This document shows, piece after piece, positions 16,515 through 20,892 of a stretch of DNA of 20,892 bases. The notes beneath the pieces were generated by a model. The model saw only the letters and a list, made by a program, of their open reading frames with translations. It did no database searches and had not been told where the DNA came from. The DNA lies in assembly GCA_034723415.1 (NCBI GenBank), contig JAYEOX010000039.1, positions 1 through 20,892 on the forward strand, written 5' to 3'. This stretch comes from Fidelibacterota bacterium. Its GTDB lineage: Bacteria; Fidelibacterota; Fidelibacteria; Fidelibacterales; Fidelibacteraceae. Position 1 is the first letter of the stretch. Each line of letters opens with the position of its first letter. A program made the position numbers and the translations under genes.

Positions 16515-18257
16515 ATGAAAAAAATAATTATTCTATTCGCATTATTATTTACGACAATTTCACTGAATGGACGGGTAAAATATTCCATAATGGATTTCAA
16601 GCCGATTGATATTAGGGAAAGCCAATTATATTTTTCGACACATTCACATATGTATGGTGACAAAGATGAATCTAATTATAATTATTCCGAAATGCCCGAT
16701 AGTATATCTCCCAATTATGAAGTAATTTTAAGTAATTTTGATAATAAATCAATAAATTTTAATTCACAATTTATATATAGTATGAAAAGAGAAAATAAAA
16801 ACAATTCGTTTTATTCAAACTCTTTTTTAAATACTGCTATTAGGAAAAATAGAGGAACTTTAGATTATGAATATTTTAGAAATCAATTAATCTATAAAAA
16901 TATTTACAGCCAAGATATTAATCAAGACTTTTTTGATATTCGATTAAATTCAATAAATAGTTTTAATCATTATTTTACAGAAAAAATTGGTGTTTCAAAT
17001 GATATATTATTTAATTTAAATTTAATTTCTAATAAGAGAGAGCATATTTATTTATACGAAAATAATGATAATTATGACTCGCTTTTTGTTAATGGTAACA
17101 TGGTAGATATACTTATTCAAAAAAGAACAGGGAACAATGATGATATTGATAATGATAAGAGAAATTCTATTAATATAAAATATTATACAGGATCTGTATT
17201 CGGCAGATTATATGAGGGGAAATATTCTGCTATTGCAATGGAATTAATTGATGAATTGAAAAAAGATAAATTGCTGGAAAGCAAACCAACAAATTCACAA
17301 ATAAAGCAACTTGCTAAAATTATTTATGAAGAGAAAAACCGATATTATCAAGATAGTAGAATGAAAAGAAAAAAACAATTGAAAGAGATTGTTTCATTTT
17401 TAATCAATAATAATTTGATTGAGGACTCTGTTATGCCAATACTCACAATAAATGATATTTACAACTACAGTTCCGCAAGTTATTCAACCGATGATATTAT
17501 CAATGGAGCAAGTATCGATAACAATTTGATAAATTATAACAGACCTTTTGGATTGTACGGTGGAATAAAAGTTGGTGGCGGATATAATGAATACAATTAT
17601 TTTTATGAAGATATTGATCCGAGAAATACAAAAATTAACACATATTATGATTCATCAATGAGTGTTGTTTTTATCGACACATCTATAGATCAAAGATTCG
17701 AAAAAATCAATGTTCGCTCACAAGGTAATTACGATTATTCTATAAAAGGATTTTTAACCTATGGAAAACCATTCGGTTGGCATTTCCATTATGTTTCCAA
17801 CTTAACATTAGAATCTACTTTTTATAAAGATAAAAATTATGAATTGCTAACTTTTGATGATTCTGAAGACTATGATAGCACACTAACACCGGAAGTAAGA
17901 GGGGAATCTCGCTTAATTAGGCAGAATTACGGTTCGCTTTACAATCAAATACAATATTTTTTGAACAGCAGAACTGTCTTTAGTTTAAATCAACGATTAG
18001 AAATTTATGATAGAAATTATAAATTTGATGAAAAAATTGATTATAGTTATTACATGTTAGAATTAGATAATAGAATCTCAGGCGAATATTATTTCACTCC
18101 GAGTTTCCATTTATACTTAAGCTTGAATTATGATTATAAAAAATATTTTGATCGTGAACATTATATTCTTGACAATGATAATGTAATTAAAATGAGTGTT
18201 GAAAATTATTCAAGAAATTCTTGGAATGTAATTTTCGGAACTTATTTTTATTTTTAA
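16515..18257 (+). CDS. Uncharacterised outer-membrane beta-barrel-like protein
   Basis: Signal peptide; Y/N/S/F-rich amphipathic strands; C-terminus WNVIFGTYFYF ending in Phe. Confidence 0.68.
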   Translation: MKKIIILFALLFTTISLNGRVKYSIMDFKPIDIRESQLYFSTHSHMYGDKDESNYNYSEMPDSISPNYEVILSNFDNKSINFNSQFIYSMKRENKNNSFYSNSFLNTAIRKNRGTLDYEYFRNQLIYKNIYSQDINQDFFDIRLNSINSFNHYFTEKIGVSNDILFNLNLISNKREHIYLYENNDNYDSLFVNGNMVDILIQKRTGNNDDIDNDKRNSINIKYYTGSVFGRLYEGKYSAIAMELIDELKKDKLLESKPTNSQIKQLAKIIYEEKNRYYQDSRMKRKKQLKEIVSFLINNNLIEDSVMPILTINDIYNYSSASYSTDDIINGASIDNNLINYNRPFGLYGGIKVGGGYNEYNYFYEDIDPRNTKINTYYDSSMSVVFIDTSIDQRFEKINVRSQGNYDYSIKGFLTYGKPFGWHFHYVSNLTLESTFYKDKNYELLTFDDSEDYDSTLTPEVRGESRLIRQNYGSLYNQIQYFLNSRTVFSLNQRLEIYDRNYKFDEKIDYSYYMLELDNRISGEYYFTPSFHLYLSLNYDYKKYFDREHYILDNDNVIKMSVENYSRNSWNVIFGTYFYF

Positions 18258-18315
18258 AGCATAATAAAAAAACTATATTAAAAAAAGTGTTGAGTTGAAA
18301 AATTTGACACTTTTT

Positions 18316-18345
18316 TTTGCTAACCTTTTTTCCAATCTTGTGTCA
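18316..18345 (+). promoter_or_regulatory. Second candidate ECF-dependent promoter (TAAC-N16-TGTC)
   Basis: tttgctaaccttttttccaatcttgtgtca; 20/30 identical to 15027-15056, concentrated in both boxes. Confidence 0.72.
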
Positions 18346-18390
18346 AATATAATGAGAACAAAAAAAGAAACAAAAAAAAAGGAGAACAAA

Positions 18391-18837
18391 ATGAAGAAAT
18401 TAATCACAATCGCACTGGCACTTATGTTAGTCACATCAGTATTCGCTCAACCAAGAATGGGACAAAATCAATCGAGAATGGATCAGGATAGACCAATGAT
18501 GAGGCAAAACATGCTTGATTTAAGTGATGCACAAATGAATCAATTGCAAGAATTAAAAAGTGAGCATCAGAAAGATATGATTCCACTTAGAGCAGATTTG
18601 AAAGTAAAAAGAATTGAATTAAAAGAATTAATTGCAGATGGTAAATCAAAAAAATCTATTGATGCGAAACAAAATTCAATAATAAAAGTTCAATCAAAAA
18701 TTGCTGATTTGAGAATAGATCATTTAATCAAAGTTCGTGAAACTGTAGGTGAAGAAAATTTCAAAAAAATGGGTGCTATGAAAAACCGTCATGGAAAAAA
18801 TGGTTCTAACAGAAACTCTATGCGACATAGAAGATAA
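18391..18837 (+). CDS. Spy/CpxP/ZraP-like periplasmic protein
   Basis: Start moved to 18391 (AAGGAG RBS; MKKLITIALALMLVTSVFA signal); Met-rich N-terminus, LDLSDAQ motif, coiled coil. Confidence 0.8.
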   Translation: MKKLITIALALMLVTSVFAQPRMGQNQSRMDQDRPMMRQNMLDLSDAQMNQLQELKSEHQKDMIPLRADLKVKRIELKELIADGKSKKSIDAKQNSIIKVQSKIADLRIDHLIKVRETVGEENFKKMGAMKNRHGKNGSNRNSMRHRR

Positions 18838-18860
18838 ATAACAATTAAAAAAAGTATTTT

Positions 18861-18897
18861 AAACTTCCGTATGTTTACAAAACTGCGGAAGTTTTTT
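18861..18897 (+). terminator. Rho-independent terminator
   Basis: aaacttccgta...tgcggaagttt stem followed by a T-tract, about 25 bp after stop 18837. Confidence 0.8.
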
Positions 18898-19027
18898 AAT
18901 TATATATGAAAAATAGGGACAGGAGACCGAACGAAAAATTATAATTTTGATAATTGAGAGAATGCACGAAACTAAAAATAACACAATTATTTATTATGGT
19001 GAGAAAAACTGCTTCTCATATTCACTT

Positions 19028-19127
19028 ATCCGTTTTAACGGATTTTTTAATACAGCAAATACTTAAAACCGTTAAAACGGTTAAATTGTATTTCTACTCT
19101 ATTCTTTCAACCCGAATAAATTCGGGT
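19028..19127. repeat. REP/REPIN-like triple-palindrome element
   Basis: atccgtt-tt-aacggat (19028-19043), aaccgtt-aa-aacggtt (19067-19082), acccgaat-aa-attcgggt (19110-19127). Confidence 0.75.
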
Positions 19128-19250
19128 GTTATTCTGATTTTTGAAAACTGCAAATTCAAAGATACTAAAGTGCAAAGAAATTAGATATTAGAAATTAATA
19201 GAAATTTAAAAATTGGGAATTTTTGTGTCAAAAAAGTGTCATAAAATAAT

Positions 19251-19279
19251 TTGCTATTTTAATAAATATTTGATATTAT
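19251..19279 (+). promoter_or_regulatory. Probable sigma70 promoter of the transglutaminase gene
   Basis: TTGCTA-N17-TATTAT with extended TG at 19271-19272; AAGGAGG RBS before ATG 19316. Confidence 0.55.
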
Positions 19280-19315
19280 CAAGTATAATAAAATTTTGAA
19301 AAAAAGGAGGAAATT

Positions 19316-20892
19316 ATGCAAAAATTATTTTTTTTATGTTTATGTTTTTTTCTTTTACCTGTAATCGTGTTGAGTTATACAGGTGAAGTTATCGAAAGTT
19401 TTGACTCGCCAGGTTCCTGTCCTACGGGGTTGGCTTATGATGGAGAGAATATTTGGGTAGCAGACCGGAAAACGGACACACTTTATTGCATTGATAAAGA
19501 AAACGGAACCGTTCTACGCAAAATTTCATCACCGGCCTATTGGCCAATGGGACTTGCTTGGGATGGAAAAGCTCTCTGGAATGCAGATGTAAATTCAAGC
19601 AAGATTTATCAAATCGATCCTAATGATGGTACGATTTTGAAAACTATTTCTGCACCCGAAAGCAGTCCGCGGGGATTAACTTGGGACGGAGAATATTTAT
19701 GGTGTACAGATAATAGTTCAGATAAAATTATTCAGCTCAGTCCAGATGATGGGACTACGATTAAGTCGTTTAAAGCACCATCTACAGACCCGAGAGGTTT
19801 ATGCTTTGATGGCAAATATTTTTGGAATACTGACCGAAAAAAAGACGAGCTCTATATGATAGACGGAAAGACCGGCAGCGTTTTGTTAATTACTGACGCA
19901 CCAGGACCTTTTACCAGAGGGCTCTGTTATGATGGTAATTTTTTATGGGCGGTTGATTATCAAAATGATAAACTTTACAAACTAAAAATTCGTGACGACG
20001 AAAAATATATCAAGACAAACGCACGCAAAGCTATTATTACAGAGACACATCAGGTAAAAAATTTTGGACCTGGCAAAATTTTAACCTTTGATACTCATTT
20101 GGCAATTCCCCAAGATAGACCAAATCAGAAGATTGTAGAAAAGAAATATTCGCCAAAACAAACAAATATTATTGAAGATAAATTTCATCAGAAGACGGCT
20201 CATTTTCATTATAAAAATATAGAATCAGGAGAAACCATAAATAGTGTGATGATCACTAAAGCAACAATCTATGAAACACGTTACTTCCTCTATCCCGATA
20301 AAATTGGCACTCTGGATGATATTCCGGAAATGATTCAGGATAATTATCTGGAGAACAATGCAAAATATCAACTTGATCATCCGGTTATACAAAATGCAGT
20401 TAAAAAAGCAATAGGCGATACAAAAAATTGTTATTGGATAGCGCGCCATATATTTGATTATTTAATTGATAATATGTATTATGAAATGGTAGGCGGATGG
20501 AATACTGCTCCAACGGTTCTGGAGAGAGGTAACGGCTCCTGCTCTGAATATACTTTTGTATATATTGCAATGTGTAGGGCAGCAGGATTACCGGCACGAT
20601 ATGTAGGCTCTGTTGTGGTGCGAGGAGATGATGCTTGCATGGATGATGTATTTCATCGCTGGGCAGAGGTGTATTTACCAAATTATGGCTGGGTTCCGGT
20701 TGATCCGAGTGGTGGTGACCGGGAATATCCACGCGACCAGGCAAATTATTTTGGTCATTTATCCAATCGTTTTTTGATTACTACGGAAAGTGGCGGAGGA
20801 TCAAAAACTATGAGTTGGACTTATAACTCTAATGAATTCTGGACTACTGAACCACAGACCAAAGTCTATATTGAAACTATTGCGGAGTGGGA
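19316..20892 (+). CDS. Secreted beta-propeller + transglutaminase-like domain protein (runs off the window end)
   Basis: Manually translated, absent from the ORF track: MQKLFFLCLCFFLLPVIVLS signal; five G-L-x-(W/Y/F)-D-G-x-x-x-W repeats; GSCSEY (Cys 20540), FHRWAEVY (His 20654), WVPVDP (Asp 20702). Confidence 0.9.
   Translation, partial: MQKLFFLCLCFFLLPVIVLSYTGEVIESFDSPGSCPTGLAYDGENIWVADRKTDTLYCIDKENGTVLRKISSPAYWPMGLAWDGKALWNADVNSSKIYQIDPNDGTILKTISAPESSPRGLTWDGEYLWCTDNSSDKIIQLSPDDGTTIKSFKAPSTDPRGLCFDGKYFWNTDRKKDELYMIDGKTGSVLLITDAPGPFTRGLCYDGNFLWAVDYQNDKLYKLKIRDDEKYIKTNARKAIITETHQVKNFGPGKILTFDTHLAIPQDRPNQKIVEKKYSPKQTNIIEDKFHQKTAHFHYKNIESGETINSVMITKATIYETRYFLYPDKIGTLDDIPEMIQDNYLENNAKYQLDHPVIQNAVKKAIGDTKNCYWIARHIFDYLIDNMYYEMVGGWNTAPTVLERGNGSCSEYTFVYIAMCRAAGLPARYVGSVVVRGDDACMDDVFHRWAEVYLPNYGWVPVDPSGGDREYPRDQANYFGHLSNRFLITTESGGGSKTMSWTYNSNEFWTTEPQTKVYIETIAEW

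Noticed and set aside
15396..16663. Antisense ORFs 15396-15587, 15515-15706 and 16469-16663
   Set aside because: Antisense to the ECF operon genes, no motifs
18295..18390. Longer TTG start for the second Spy-like gene
   Set aside because: Region contains the promoter motif and RBS; signal peptide begins at 18391
18954..19184. 76-aa ORF
   Set aside because: TTG start without a clear RBS; runs through the palindromic repeat element; likely spurious
19270..19282. FNR box
   Set aside because: TTGAT-N3-ATCAA, one base short of the N4 spacing FNR requires; kept only as an unassigned palindrome
20225..20744. Minus-strand ORFs 20225-20449 and 20400-20744
   Set aside because: Antisense to the transglutaminase gene on the plus strand

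Overview
AT-rich bacterial chromosomal window; gene content suggests a diderm of the FCB superphylum (e.g. Marinimicrobia/Calditrichota-like; this is inference, not determined). It holds 18 supported CDSs: a priming sugar transferase and DegT aminotransferase; a small divergent hypothetical; a BatA/vWA protein-hflX-macrodomain-M32 carboxypeptidase run; an AAA_14/DUF4143 ATPase; a PAP2-like membrane protein; an orphan histidine kinase; a polyprenol-kinase/DUF92 fusion; a RhuM-Fic/Doc gene; an ECF sigma/zinc anti-sigma/Spy-like/beta-barrel/Spy-like cassette; and a 3'-truncated beta-propeller-transglutaminase gene missing from the ORF track. The most informative signals are non-coding: (i) a shared TAAC-N16-TGTC promoter in front of the ECF sigma and the second Spy-like gene; (ii) a degenerate copy of the DUF92-fusion start region flanking the RhuM-Fic gene as a direct repeat; (iii) three TGACTAT boxes at exact 33-bp spacing over the AAA_14 promoter; (iv) several small dispersed palindromic or tandem repeats, one of which appears to have extended the M32 C-terminus. 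No rRNA, tRNA, CRISPR array, integrase or transposase was found.
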